64,000 nt of DNA from Haliotis rufescens. Its lineage: Eukaryota. Below the pieces are notes generated by a model that saw only the letters and a program-made list of their open reading frames with translations, ran no database searches and was not told where the DNA came from. Positions 40,935 to 54,393 of this stretch are shown piece by piece. The stretch covers positions 3,286,001-3,350,000 of the forward strand of contig NW_025964013.1 of NCBI RefSeq assembly GCF_023055435.1, read 5' to 3'. The position numbers and the translations under genes are program-made. Position 1 is the stretch's first letter. Every line of letters starts with the position of its first letter.

Positions 40935-43900
40935 TCAAACAGTCTTCACACTGACTAAGTTCATGGTGGCGGTTATGTTCTCGTTATAGAGAGGGCCGTA
41001 TTGGCTGCTTTCTTTGCCGTGACATTTCTTGCAGCGGGGTATCACCACCAGGAACAGCACCCCCATTAAGGCCACGCCCAGGAACATCACAGCTGTCATC
41101 GCAATGCCTCCCAGCAACCTTTCTACAAATGAGGACAATGCTATTAGGGAAGCATTTATACACAGAAGAACTGTTATCATAATTGCTGATGTAGTTAATA
41201 GTTTAGAAGCATCTGGCATGAACCATAGTGCTAGTGCGAAAAGGGAAACGAGACGGACCCCATTAGGTTTTCTGAATCTCATTTTAGTACATTTTGAAAA
41301 ATAAATCAAATTTAACTCTGTGTAACAGTGTCCGTATATTGTATAAACATTAGCGTACATATGGCGTCATAGAGGTGACAGAGGATTGATAATCTACAAA
41401 GTCCATGCTGTCATAAATATTATCTACATTTAGTTCTGAATAAATTCATATATATAATAAGACAATGATATAATACACTCTTAAAAAAAGAAACGCATAG
41501 GTATATTTTAACTAAATTTATTGTACCTAATAAAGTCGATATATTTAATTTTATATCATAGATACAAAAATGAAATTTTGCAATCTCCTTAAAATCAGAT
41601 CTGAGTTGTCGCTGCCGCTAAACAAAGATCTGAGGACATCCCCTTACGGGTCACGTCAGAACGTTCTTTCGCGAACTTTGACCGACCACTGAAACGAATA
41701 ACAAGAAGTCGATATCAGTCAATAAGAAAGCAGCTTTCTCGAGCTTTAAGGCACTCGTTTCAACCTGGCGACTTCCATTTCAGACTACGCTTGAAAAATA
41801 TGTTGACATAGTTCTCGATTATAATTTTTAAAACTGAACAAACCAACATTCCGGAATGATTAATATATGGTTGCGATTGTATGGCAGTGCTTCCCACGTA
41901 CTGTGCAACGCCTCCTCCGTTCAAATCTTTATCCCACGGAAGCGAGGGACACTTGGAGGAATCAGTCCTACGGGCCGTAACTGTCGTTCGGGATACCCCG
42001 TGTTAAGGTGTTCGAGGTTGCATGATCAGAAAACTCATTCCGACTGTCACTTTCATGATCTGGTAAGCGACGCTTTGATTGGTCGGATGAAAGGTCGTTC
42101 TGACGTGACCCGTAATGGGATGTCCTCAGATCTTTGTTTAGCGATAGCGAGAACTTAGATCTGATTTTAATGAGATTGGAAATTTTGGAGCTCGATAGTC
42201 ACATGTTGTCGTTGTACAAGGTTGCGCTGAACTCGTTTGACCGCCCCTGACAGCAATCACGGCTCTGCATCTCCTCGGCACTGACTTGATAAGTGTACGA
42301 ATCTGTCCTGCGGAATTTTGCGCCATTCTGTTTGTAACGCGTTGGCCAGTTGTGGGAGTGTCTCTGGCGTGTTCTGACGTTGACGTACACGTCGATCGAG
42401 TTCATCCCAGAGGTGTTCAATTGAGTTAAGATCTTGAGATCTCGACGGCCACGGCAAAACGTTGATGTTGGCATTATGAAGGTAGTCTACCGTGACACGA
42501 GCTGTGTGATATGGAACGTTGTCCTGTTGAAACAGCACCATCTGGCGGTCAATGATTGGAAGAAGGTGATGCTGAAGAATTTTGACTCATGTAACGATTT
42601 GCTGTCAAATGTCCCTGAACCACAACCAAGTCATAGCTCGTGGTGTTGGATATGGCCCCCGACACATTGACACTTCCGCCACCGTAATTGTACAACGACA
42701 AGATATGACTATCGATCTCCAACATTTCATATTTGTATCGATCATATTAAATTAGATATATCGACTTTATTAGGTGCAATAAATTAACTAAAAATCTACC
42801 TGTGCGTTTCTTTTTTTTGAAGAGTGTATGTGATAATTTTGCATTTAGAAATTTGACACACCCATCCCATCCCCCCTTACTCCCGTCAATCTTTTTCCTA
42901 TCCTCGAGGCGGTGGGGTAGTCTAGTGGCTAAGTTATATGCTCGTTACGACAAAGGACGGGGTGGATTCCCCCCATGGGTACAATGTGTGTAGCCCATTT
43001 CTTGTGTGCCCAAGTCGTGATATTGTTGGAATATTGTTGAAGGTGGCGTTAAACAATACTCACTCACTATTCCTATCCTCAATTAAATATCGACAAAGAC
43101 GTTACATTTTTGTGTGTATGACGTGACCTTCAACCGTAAGTAATTGTGACAATTATTTTTAGAGTGTATACACAATCTGCTCAGCATACTGTTCTAGCAA
43201 TATGTCCACCTAGCTTTGTCAAACGTAGTTTGTTTAAGAATACATGTAGGTTATATTCATTATGGCACGAGGGAACAGCGTATTCCACCCATTCCTACCA
43301 CAAGAAGCAAAACACCCGGGGCTCCTGGCAGAGGCATACTGGATGATACTGGAAGATGTAGACGGGGAAGATACTCACGACCAGGGTTGTCGGCGTCGGC
43401 AATGTGGTGGAAGTTGAAAGGGCCTTTCAAAACAGACGCATCCAGATGCTGAGAAAAACAATGGCATTACGTCACATTTTATGGATATTATGGGCTTAGA
43501 TTTCATTGAGGGTGAGTGCATGAGTTTATATAGTTTCACGTCGTAATCAGAAACATTCAAGTTCTATACATAATACAATTTGGACCAGCAGAGCAGTGAC
43601 TGAAAACATCAGCAGAAATGTACACCATCGAGACACGGTGACAGGTAATTTACAGAGTCTGACCACCACCGGTTACCTTCTTAACCCCGCTATCCTGACG
43701 GGACATAGGAAGGTATACGAAGCTTTTGTTGATCACATCAGAAAATTGACCTACTGTTGTACGATGGACACTGGCCAGAAGGGTTACAATCAGTGTTACA
43801 AAGACTACTGGCCGTCTCTGACCATGGACACTCGCCAGAACGGTTACAGTCAGTGTTACAAAGACTACTGGCCGTCTCAGACCATGGACACTCGCACACG

Positions 43901-45455
43901 GCTACAGTCAGTGTTTCGAAGACTAGTAGCCTTCCCTGACCATGGGCACTCGCCAGCACAGTTACAGTCAGTGTTACAAAGACTACTGGCCGTCTCTGAC
44001 CATGGACACTCGCCAGAACGGTTACAGTCAGTGTTACAAAGGCTACTAGCCTCCCCTGACCATGGGCACTCGCCAGCATGGTTACAGTCAGTGTTACAAA
44101 GACTACTAGCCTCCCCTGACCATGGGCACTCGCCAGCACAGTTACAGTCAGTGTTACAAAGGCTACTAGCCTCCCCTGACCATGGGCACTCGCCAGCATG
44201 GTTACAGTCAGTGTTACAAAGACTACTAGCCTCCCCTGACCATGGGCACTCGCCAGCATGGTTACAGTCAGTGTTACGAAGACTACTAGCCTCCCCTGAC
44301 CATGGCCACTCGCCAGCACAGTTACAGTCAGTGTTACAAAGGCTACTGGCCGTCTCTGACCATGGACGCTCGCCAGCATGGTTACAGTCAGTGTTACAAA
44401 GACTACTGGCCTACCCTGACTATGAACACTCGCCAGCACGGTTACAGTCAGTGTTACAAAGACATACATGTCTGCTCGAGACACGGGCTATTTTATGACG
44501 ATCGTAAGAAAGTATACCGAATTGTTTCTTGAAGACAACTTGCAATGCACTTGAAACATGATATCGGTTCACATAAGAGTAATAGTGTTAGTGAATAGTA
44601 ATAGTGAACGGTGGCATGGCAAACAGTAAACATCAGTCAACAATAAAATACCCGAGAACATGGCAGGGATGACCGCTGGATAATGAGGGGGTGCAACTGG
44701 TGTGGTGCAGTTGGGGGCAAGAATCATGCACTGTACGAAAACGACCATCGCCAAGTGGATGCATCGTCACAGATTGACAGAACTGCAGACAAGCCATGAA
44801 AAGGTAGACCCCGCGTCACAACCGCCATTGAGAAACCTCTATCTCTGCAACTTGAATCTACGAAGAGATTCCTCACGTCATCTGCGCTGACTGCGCTTGG
44901 ACGTGTATTCCAGAGCATGCTATCAGGGCCTATCAACCATTCAGAGGAATGACGTTGACGGGTCAACATCGGCTGAGACGTTTACGTTGAGCAAGCAACG
45001 TTGACAATATCGTAACTGGCAAGGTGTGTGATCCTCTGACGGGAGCAGGTTCCAGCTGTTCCCACCTGTTCAGTGTGTAAATAAACAAGTCTGGACAATC
45101 CAAACAATCCGGTGATTGACATCACGAGCATCGATCCACTCAGTAAAGATACCATGACGTGCATCAACCAAGTCAGCGAGTCTGACCACCCGATCCCGTT
45201 AGTCGCCTCTTACGACAAGCATAGTCACCTTTTAGGCAAGCATGGGTTGCTGAATACCTATTCTACCCCGGATCTTCACGGGTCTAAGCCTATATGAAGA
45301 CCAGGGATGGGAAACTGCCATGTTAAATGTACCTGTGTGGTATTGTGCCCCTCCATGTCCGCATAATCACCGTAGACGATGCCGGTACGCAATGCATCAA
45401 TGAACACGAGGATGACGAATGCTTGGACCAGATCCGTGGAAACGCTGAAAGCCAT
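40935..45455 (-). CDS. Type I single-pass membrane protein 4 (126 aa): signal peptide, short ectodomain, TM, CxxC, ITIM-like SQYGPL
   Basis: complement(join(40935..41122,43379..43448,45333..45455)), intron phases 0 and 1, GT-AG. Protein MAFSVSTDLVQAFVILVFIDALRTGIVYGDYADMEGHNTTQ-HLDASVLKGPFNFHHIADADNPG-QRLLGGIAMTAVMFLGVALMGVLFLVVIPRCKKCHGKESSQYGPLYNENITATMNLVSVKTV*. Confidence 0.78.
41476..42826 (-). mobile_element. Internally deleted Tc1-family transposon in intron of protein 4
   Basis: TA-flanked TIRs CACTCTT.AAAAAAAGAAACGCA.AGG. Transposase remnant FQQDNVPYHTAR...WPSRSQDLNSIEHLWDEL at ~42250-42545. Confidence 0.9.
41581..42178. mobile_element. MITE with 9-bp TSD (Mutator-like) nested in the Tc1 TIR
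   Basis: ~80-bp TIRs starting CAATCTC / ending GAGATTG. TSD GAAATTTTG at 41572-41580 and 42179-42187. Confidence 0.85.
42907..43068 (+). mobile_element. SINE family A, diverged
   Basis: tRNA head and CACT tail. TSD TTCCTATCCTC. Confidence 0.8.
43763..44465. repeat. 60-bp minisatellite in intron of protein 4
   Basis: About 12 copies of CATGGGCACTCGCCAGCATGGTTACAGTCAGTGTTACAAAGACTACTAGCCTCCCCTGAC. Confidence 0.95.
45075..45283 (-). mobile_element. SINE-like family B
   Basis: 5' end ACCCGTGAAGATCCGGGGTAGAATAGG intact. Confidence 0.85.
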
Positions 45456-47584
45456 CTCTGCAAAGTAGGGATCAGATTACAGGACAAAAAGAAGTCGGTT
45501 GACGCCAAGTATTTATTGCCTGACGCCACACAGCAGTACTCCGGCTATGCGACGGCGGTCTGTACAGAAACCAGCTAAACAAGTGATCGATTGATCAGAA
45601 ACGTCAGTACATTAACTGATTTTGTTGAAACTAGTATCAATGTTTTGATGATTTTGAAATACGCCTGGCAGCAAGGGCAAATATTAAGCAGGTTGCGATG
45701 AAATTATATACATGAAGGGTCATTGCATCATTATATTTTGAAAAAAACTATGTATTTTGTAACCATTATTTTGAATTTTCCAAGAATATATGTAATCTTG
45801 AACGTGAGTAATATTGCTTACGTTCGTCGATAACTGTGACCGCCATTCAGCTCGTTCTATAAAGCTGGTCTATTTGCCGGTGTGTAATTTAAAAGAGCGC
45901 TGTTTTCAAAGCGCACATGTAGAATAGAGATAAGCCCACGGTGTTTTGAAATACATAGTAGTCTAACTGTAGATTAGATACCTCATAATCATATATTTGA
46001 AACGTTCCACTAAACCTTTCGACTCCAAATTAAGATAAGAGGTATCTAATCTAAGATTAAACTATTTCAAATTTCAAACCAAAGTGATTATATCTCCTAA
46101 ATAACTATCAGGTTGCTGTGGTAATAAATCGTTTGTGACTAGCCTTTCTAATCACATCTTTACACATATTATGGCAAGACACTATGGCTAAGTATGAGCA
46201 TATGGAAGATAAGATTTGATATGTAACATTATTTTGCACAACGTATTTCAGACCACTGCCAGGTTTGTGAGATATGTTTCATAAATATAACCTTAGTTCA
46301 ATGCAAACAAAGACATTAGAAATATCAACGAATGAACGCAATATGTCCAATGTTTTTGCAAATCGTATCGAAAGCTGTTTTCATCACTGGTATGGTGCAA
46401 TCGTTATCTTCAATAATCATGAATGTCAGTGTGGTCATGTGCATTGGGTATTGATCGCCACAAGGATTATGTGGCAACAGATGCTAAAAACCCACGATTG
46501 GGTTTAAGATGCCACATAGCCCCAAGTCATAAAAATGATGGATGTGCCATCGAGGTATATTTAACCTGTCCTGCTTAGAAACCACTTTATCCTGTGTATG
46601 TGGGTCACAGCATTCTTGAAACACTCGCATTACATGTCACGCCACACCCTGGTAAGCGAGGCATCCAAACATACGGGTCAGCGCCGTACTGTTATAATAG
46701 AGACAGTCAGAAGCCCCAGGTGCAAGCTGCAAATGTCTCATTTTAAAGTCGGGGATCGAAACAGAGCCTGAGGCGTGACGTCCAACGTTTAACCACTAGG
46801 CTAGATAAACACTCACCGCGATGAACATGATAGCAAGGCAGTATGATATTTAATACAGTATGTTGTACACTGCCTGTTTGCGAAATCCCAATGTAAACAA
46901 GAAAGCCTGGTAAGCTGTGAACTTGTCGAAAGCCTTACATACCGCTGACACTGAAGTAAACATTAGGTTGCGTGGCAACAGTTACTGGTAAATTAAACTA
47001 CGGTAAAGACACATACCTGATATGTTACGTCACATTGTGCAAGGCTGATTGCCTTATCTCGCCCTGTCTAACGTGATGTGGGGCCATCAGCGTGTTATCC
47101 ATCTATCTACCACTGTGACAAGCGTGTCATGTTGACAGTGAGTCAGGCGCACAATGATCACCGCTCGTCGAGGCTGGGTCAAATATCGCATGACCCTTTG
47201 ATGGGACGCTGTGGCGTTGTGGTGTAAGTATAGCGTATATAGGTCAACCGTGACATATGTTATAGAGGCCGGGCAAAACGCTCAGAAATACATCCGAGAT
47301 CCCACTTTATAAACTTTCTTCTGCCCGATGTGTTGTTTTTTACCAATATTCGCCTGACCTTGTCCTGAATAAGTACAGTGGATGATTGGAACAGGGTCAC
47401 TGTGTGGAAACTGCATATCTGTGTTGGAATAACAACCAGAGACTGTACAAATGACTATCTTCGTCCCATCTGCAAAAGATGAGCAAAGTCACAGGATCTA
47501 CACCCGGTACAATTTAGTCGCCCCAAGAGACCAGCAATGGAATGAGTGTTGGGGCAAATATTCTAACGCTGTTCCCATCGTATT

Positions 47585-47827
47585 TGTTTGTTTGTTTTTG
47601 AACGTCGCACTCAGGAATATTCCAGCTATATGACGGCGGTCGAGTCTGGACCAGACAATCAAGTGATTGATCTCATGAGCATCGATCTACGCTATTGGAA
47701 TATGATGACATGCATCAACAAAGCGACCCTGATCAACCGATCCCATTAGTCGCTCTTACGACAAACATAGTCGCCTGTTAAGGCAAGCATGGTTGCTGAA
47801 GACCTATTCTACCCCGGATCTTCACGA
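47585..47827 (-). mobile_element. SINE-like family B
   Basis: Homolog with (CAAA)n tail. Confidence 0.85.
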
Positions 47828-48049
47828 GTATGTTTTTCAGTGAAGTGTGCCGATCGAATTTTAAGTTTTGTATTCGGGAGATGACTCATGCACGCTCACA
47901 TCTCACATGACAGTACTTCACGGAATGTAACAGATCCGCTCGAGGGTCATCATTTGTAAAATAATGTTATGACATCGAGGTGAAGGGCAGGCACTCTGCA
48001 TGAACAGTTTCATAAACACATACCTTGTATGCCAGACAAACATACGTAT

Positions 48050-48140
48050 GCTCACACACATTGAGACACACACACACTTCACCTCCCCTACCCCTGCACA
48101 CAAACTCACACGTACACACGTACACACACACGTACACACA

Positions 48141-48176
<36 letters not shown>

Positions 48177-49155
48177 TCGCCCCCACCAACCCACAAACCC
48201 ACTCACATACACACGCGCTGCCCCACCAACCCACACAAGCACACACACACACAGACACACACTCACTTCACCTCCCCTACTCCTGCACACAAACTCACAC
48301 GTGCACACACTGACACACATACACACACACTTCGCCCCTACCAACCCACTCACATACACACACGCTGCCCCACCAACCCACACAAGCACACACACACTGA
48401 CACACACACACACTGACACACACATACACTTGCCCCGCCAACCAACAAACACGCACACCCACTAAAAACTGACACACACTCACTCCGCCCCACCAACAGA
48501 CACACACACACAGACACACACACACATACACACACACTTCGCAAACAAGCGCACACGCACGAACACACACAACGCCCCACACAACACACTGACACACACA
48601 CTAAACCAACCCACACACTGGCATATTCACACACACACGCACTGACACACAGACACACACACACACTTCGCCCCGCCAATTCCCACACGAACGCACGCGC
48701 GCACACACGCGCAAACGCATCCGCGCACACTCACACACAACGCCCCACCAACAAACACACGTGCATACGCTGACACACACACTTCGTCCCAGCAACCCAC
48801 ACGCGCGCACGCACACATACACTCCGCCCCACCAACCCACACACGCACACACTGACACACGCACTTCGCTAAACCAACCCACACACGGGCATATTCACAC
48901 ACAGAGACACACTTCGCCCCGCCAACTCCGACACACGAACGCGCGCGCACACACGCGCAAACGCACATACACGCAGAGACAATGTCCCACCAACACACAC
49001 GCGCACACACTAAGACACACACTCCGCACCACCAACCCGAACACACGCACACTATGACACACACACACTTCGCGCGCACACACGAGCATTTTCACACACA
49101 CAGACGCACACACACACACACGAACACACACACACGAACACACACACACTCACAT
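48050..49155. repeat. Degenerate (CA)n-rich low-complexity region
   Basis: CA runs interspersed with CTTCGCCCC.CCAAC motifs. Confidence 0.9.
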
Positions 49156-49161
49156 GAATGA

Positions 49162-49293
49162 NNNNNNNNNNNNNNNNNNNNNNNNNNNNNNNNNNNNNNN
49201 NNNNNNNNNNNNNNNNNNNNNNNNNNNNNNNNNNNNNNNNNNNNNNNNNNNNNNNNNNNNNNNNNNNNNNNNNNNNNNNNNNNNNNNNNNNNN
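49162..49293. other. Assembly gap
   Basis: Run of N. Confidence 1.
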
Positions 49294-50953
49294 TATTGAA
49301 AAGGTGGACGGGCAGAATAACAAAATACGCAGTTGTGATAGATTCCAGTGATTACATCTTCCGGTAACAGATGCTAATATAAACAGGAGATAATTTAGTT
49401 ATCAATGCTGAGCCGCCCTAACTATCAGTAATACTTGTGAAAGCCGGACACATACACGGGAGTGTAATCTGATCACATTTGTCACTACACAACACGAGTT
49501 AAGCCCATCAGTGATCCACAATCATCACAGATATCGATCTCACGGCGCACGCGACAGAATCGTGCCTTTTTGTATTTAAAAACACAATCTGTTACAGTGT
49601 AAATATATCAATATAAATTAATTTAAAAAGTAAATCATCAGCATATACCAGGCGGAACTCACTGGACATGATCTGTCGGTCAAACATTGCAGTGGTGCTG
49701 CACAAGTGATGTTACGATTGTATATATCAAGGCGCGTGCACGTGGTCCTATATTTAGCTCTGTGGACTGATCGATCATCATCTTTACATTCTCAAACAGC
49801 TCTAAAGATGAGTACAAAATAGATGAAGATTAGAAACGGATACATACACGAGGTTTGCTGTTTCGACATCAGGTCGCGTGCACGGTATGGACAGGGTAGA
49901 TAACTCGTCACGCCTTGTCGTGGAAGATTTGGACACAGGGCGAAATGCCAGCATGCGGTCTCGTCTATGTGTAACCATTGCAATTTGGAGACGCCTGAAA
50001 GTGTGGACTCTACCTAAATAAATGCTCAGGCATAATAACATAAGATAACACCACACAAGTGCTGTGCTTGAAGTTCGGGATACTTTTTCATAGCTACAGT
50101 TTTGGGCCCCTGTGTCATGTATGTCTCCGTGCAACGGGCAGTTTTGAATTGTAGTTTCGTCGTCTGGAAAATATGATGTAATTTAGATAGGCTCTCAAAT
50201 GGCTTGAACATATTAAGTGCTATCATTTTAAATCATTTTAACATTCTACCGTAATGATCAACTGCTGTTTTATTGAACGAGTATTTCATGTTTCAGAAAT
50301 GAAAGTGTCTGGCTAAGGTTTTAATCCATATCATGATGCAAGGCTTATCTTTCCTTTTCTTTTTCCCATCACTTTTTGTGATGCGCAGTGTATGCGTGTA
50401 TCCATATTAACGTAAAGGTTGAAGATAGAGTGTGCTTTAATTGTTTAGATCATCTACAATATCAATACGATGATCTAAGATCTACATTATTTACGGGTAT
50501 AACGGCTAAAATGTCAAACGTTTTAAACCTGTCACACAATGAGTCCTTTTTAAACATGAGGTATATGTCATTGCCAAAACCTGCTTTTTACTTTTTCAAC
50601 GCAGAAAGCTATTGCTACATGGGTAAAACATTTTTATCTGTATTTATCATCCAGTTTTGAGAATCGTATCTCATAAATAAGTGGCGCTGTATTATTATTT
50701 TTATGTATAAACGTCTATTTTATGCATGTTTGTTTATGATGTACAGCGTTGAGACGAAAATAAAATATCTGCATGTCTGTCTGTCTGCCTGTCTGTCTGT
50801 ATCGATATGAGTGTTAGCTAAGCTGGCGTCACCTTTATGTAATGTAAAACGATTTCGTGTTGTTTTTGTTGCAATATGATACTTTGTGGGTCTTATAAAG
50901 TAAAGTCAATGGGGCAAATAGGGCTCCTGTTGGTTAACGTCGCCCTTAAACTA

Positions 50954-51050
50954 CACCACCACCATCACCATCACCATCACCATCACCATCACCCCCACCA
51001 TCACCATCACCACCATCACCACCACCGTCACCACCATCACCATCACCATC
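50954..51050. repeat. (CAC/CAT)n trinucleotide microsatellite
   Basis: Direct observation. Confidence 0.95.
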
Positions 51051-51613
51051 CGTCTCAGGTGTGAGTCGACGACTAATCCATGAGTTCCACAAAAGCCATA
51101 ACCTTGTCTACGTACGCCATACAATGTGTTTCCATCTGATCTACATAAATGCATGTCCTGCCATGATTTCATCTAATCTTCAACATCTGGCCATTATGTT
51201 GGACGCTCCATATGTCTTATCATAATATATACTAATTCAAATTAAATATTCGACGCAATGTCAAAGGTGGAAAAAGATTAAAAAAACATGCATCCTTACT
51301 TGCCGTACGTCACACAACTCCAGACAACTTAGCTGTTCATGGAAATAAACAATGCGGTTTAGCTATTTTAAGAACACACTTCCACGTCATGTCACTGAAT
51401 TACTAAACACATAACACTGATGGACGTTTGCAGTGTTGCATGACCGCTTGGCCATTGTTTATTTCCAAAACGTATATCTGGTTATACTGGCGTGTATGCC
51501 AACCAGTTGCTTTGGAACAATAAACTGAATCCATCATTGACCTTTGTGATGGACGGGGCTGCACGATGAACGAGACAAGTCGGACACGCCGATCAATAAG
51601 TCAGTGTTTACAA

Positions 51614-51745
51614 GGGGTTTTCCACGATCTATTAATACGTCCTTGCATGTGTTAAACATGAGTGAAGCAGCCTACCAACTGTTGTCACTTGGCGACATGT
51701 TATTCATGGGGACCCACTTCACAACGGCTCCCACCACAAGCACAG
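51614..51745 (+). promoter_or_regulatory. Candidate promoter and first non-coding exon of protein 5, with a kappaB-like site
   Basis: GGGGTTTTCC (51614-51623) fits GGGRNWYYCC. TATA-like TATTAATA follows at ~51630. Strong donor CAG|GTGAGT after 51745. Confidence 0.4.
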
Positions 51746-52833
51746 GTGAGTTGTTGTATCTGTACAGACTATATGGCCCTGGAGTAAGCTGGAGCATTCT
51801 TATCGCACCAATATTTCTGTTGTTAGTAAACCTTTTACGAGGGCACGCCGAATTCCGGATCAGTCAACTCAAGTAGGACACAGAGCCAGTCATGTACCGT
51901 CATTGAATTGTGTTTGCGTAGGTGGAAATATAGGTAGGTAAGTAGTGCTTGTTAAATTCTGGGTTTACAATGTGTTGTCTTTTTAATAGGATGTTTGAAC
52001 CTGGAGATGAAAAGCGAGCTTCTCGAGTGTGATTATCATGTATCAAGGGTAGTCTTCAAGGTCACGGAGAGGAAGGGATTTCGAGCACTAACGATTGCAG
52101 CAGTTTGCAATAGGCATAAGGTGCATGTATAACGTCAACATTGTAATTCATATGCGCGCCATTGTATGGCCTAGTTTGATATACGAAATCGTATAAAAAT
52201 GTATTCGTATATAATTCCAGAATTTGGAATATAGAAGCTGCCATTAACGAATGTTGGACGGTGTAGCCATGCATTGCCTGTATCTCACAATATCTGCGCA
52301 CATACATATGATAGCTGTTCGACATTTCACGATAAATGTTTTATCGTGAGATATAAGATTGCTACGCGATAAATCGCAAAGAACAATGAAGAACGTGTGA
52401 TTTATTTCATGGTAAAAACATTGCTCTATCCTGACGTAATTTCTTGAGATTCGAACATGTGCTCGCAACTTGATGACGTCGTATATTAAACGACGTTATT
52501 TTTGAGAGGGATGTGTCTATTGAGTTGTTCCCTGTAGATGTGGATGGGCAATGCAGATAAACGCAATGGCTGAACGATCGCATCCTAAAGCGTTAGAAAT
52601 GTGACAATCGGTATTGGGAGAATAGGTACAGGTAATTGACGTGAGGATTTTGAGAATATGTAGCAAATACCCACCTGTGCATAGAATGGACTAGTCCGAC
52701 ATTGCCGAGGTCGGAGTCTATTGAGGGAGTTTTCATTATTACAATACGGGTAAATATTGTTAAAGCTTGTACATCGTATCGTCATCCTTAAAGAGGCTGT
52801 ACATAATGTTGATATCTCATATAAGAAGAACAC

Positions 52834-52958
52834 GACTCGTGGTCGTTGTTCATCGTACAATAAAACACTGCAGGGATAATAAACCACACGGGGCTGCCCC
52901 CCTGATAGTTTATTCTCCCTGCAGTGTGTTATTGTACGATAAACTACGACCACGAGTC
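52834..52958. repeat. ~125-bp palindrome (MITE-like)
   Basis: ~50-bp arms GACTCGTGGTCGT...CTGCAGGGATAATAAAC / GTTTATTCTCCCTGCAG...ACGACCACGAGTC. Confidence 0.85.
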
Positions 52959-53948
52959 TTTTATTTCGTAAATTAGGTGTTGGTGACTATGCATTATAAG
53001 CAGTTTATATTTACCTGCTGTGCACGGGTGTACTGTAATCACATCTATAATGTATGTCCGGCAATAGCCATGCCCATGCTTGTTTGGTGCTGGCGACGTT
53101 AAGTATGACGGAGAGTGCGTTCTTGAAATTTCTTTGAATTTTCTGTGCTTTGTCATGGGGTAGGTAAGCCGTTTGTCAATTTATAGTATAACGTCTTTGT
53201 TTATTCGGCTCCTGCATCCGCGAGTATCTATCCGTCTAATCGTATTGGTCAGGGAAATCTACTGTGTCGTCGAATGTTTTCCAAACCCTCCCTGTTGTCA
53301 GTGTACAATGAGTGTCTAATCGGTAAATGTAACCTTCCTTGAAACGACGCACGTCCTGTGAAGCCTTGATTTCGCAACAAGCAGGGTAGAGATTATACCA
53401 TAGTGAAGATAAGGGCTTAACTTGGCCTATTAAGATACTTCACCTACATCTGTTTATCGAGGTGGACGTATACGCGGTTTACAATTACCATACGGCAGTT
53501 TCCTCAATCGGCGATATCTCACAGAATACAGAACCCATTGTTTCTGGCCGACCTCTCACTTTGGCGAATGAGGCATGACCTGTTCGTATATTAGCTTATC
53601 CCTCATTATACATACACGTGTTCTTGAACTATATTTGTGCTTGCAGATGATGTGTTATGTGTGATCTCTTTGGCTAGTGCCCGGAACACACTCACTCACT
53701 TTTTAACTCACTCACGCACTCACTTTTACACACATTCACACACATACACACACACTCATACAAGCGACTATGCTTGTCGTAAGAGGCGACTAACGCGATC
53801 GGGTGGTCAGCCTCGCTGACTTGGTTGATGCATGGCATCGTAAATCGATGAACATGATATCAATCACCGGATTGTGTGGTCCAGACTCGATTATTTACAG
53901 ACCGCCGTCATATAGCTGGAATATTGCGGTGTTGAACAACGATCAAAC

Positions 53949-54093
53949 NNNNNNNNNNNNNNNNNNNNNNNNNNNNNNNNNNNNNNNNNNNNNNNNNNNN
54001 NNNNNNNNNNNNNNNNNNNNNNNNNNNNNNNNNNNNNNNNNNNNNNNNNNNNNNNNNNNNNNNNNNNNNNNNNNNNNNNNNNNNNNNNNNNNN
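53949..54093. other. Assembly gap
   Basis: Run of N. Confidence 1.
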
Positions 54094-54393
54094 ACTTACA
54101 TAACACAGCCATACACTCAGTCACGCGTACAAACACACACTTCACACCACACTCATATACACACACAGCGGGTACAGAGACTTAATATCTATGTTATGAC
54201 GTCACAATGTTACCGTTTTGCAATTGGCCACGTCACGTGTTGTGGGGCCGCAATGGTGGCATTTTACATTGATAGTTGAAGCTTCATGTTGAGAGATGAA
54301 CGGGTTGTTTCAGGTGCTGGACCATGTGACTCGGGAGTTCCCCTCATATCTGAGGTGTCCGATCATTGTGTTACAGGAGGGCCCTGATCAGCC

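Noticed and set aside
41123-41360. N-terminal part of the 141-aa ORF (multiple hydrophobic stretches)
   Set aside because: A good acceptor at 41123-41124 and phase-compatible upstream exons with a signal peptide indicate this part is intron.
43596-44498. 300-aa ORF with LQSVLQRLL repeats
   Set aside because: 60-bp tandem repeat antisense within an intron of protein 4.
50876-51064. Poly-His ORF
   Set aside because: A (CAC/CAT)n microsatellite with no other coding signal.
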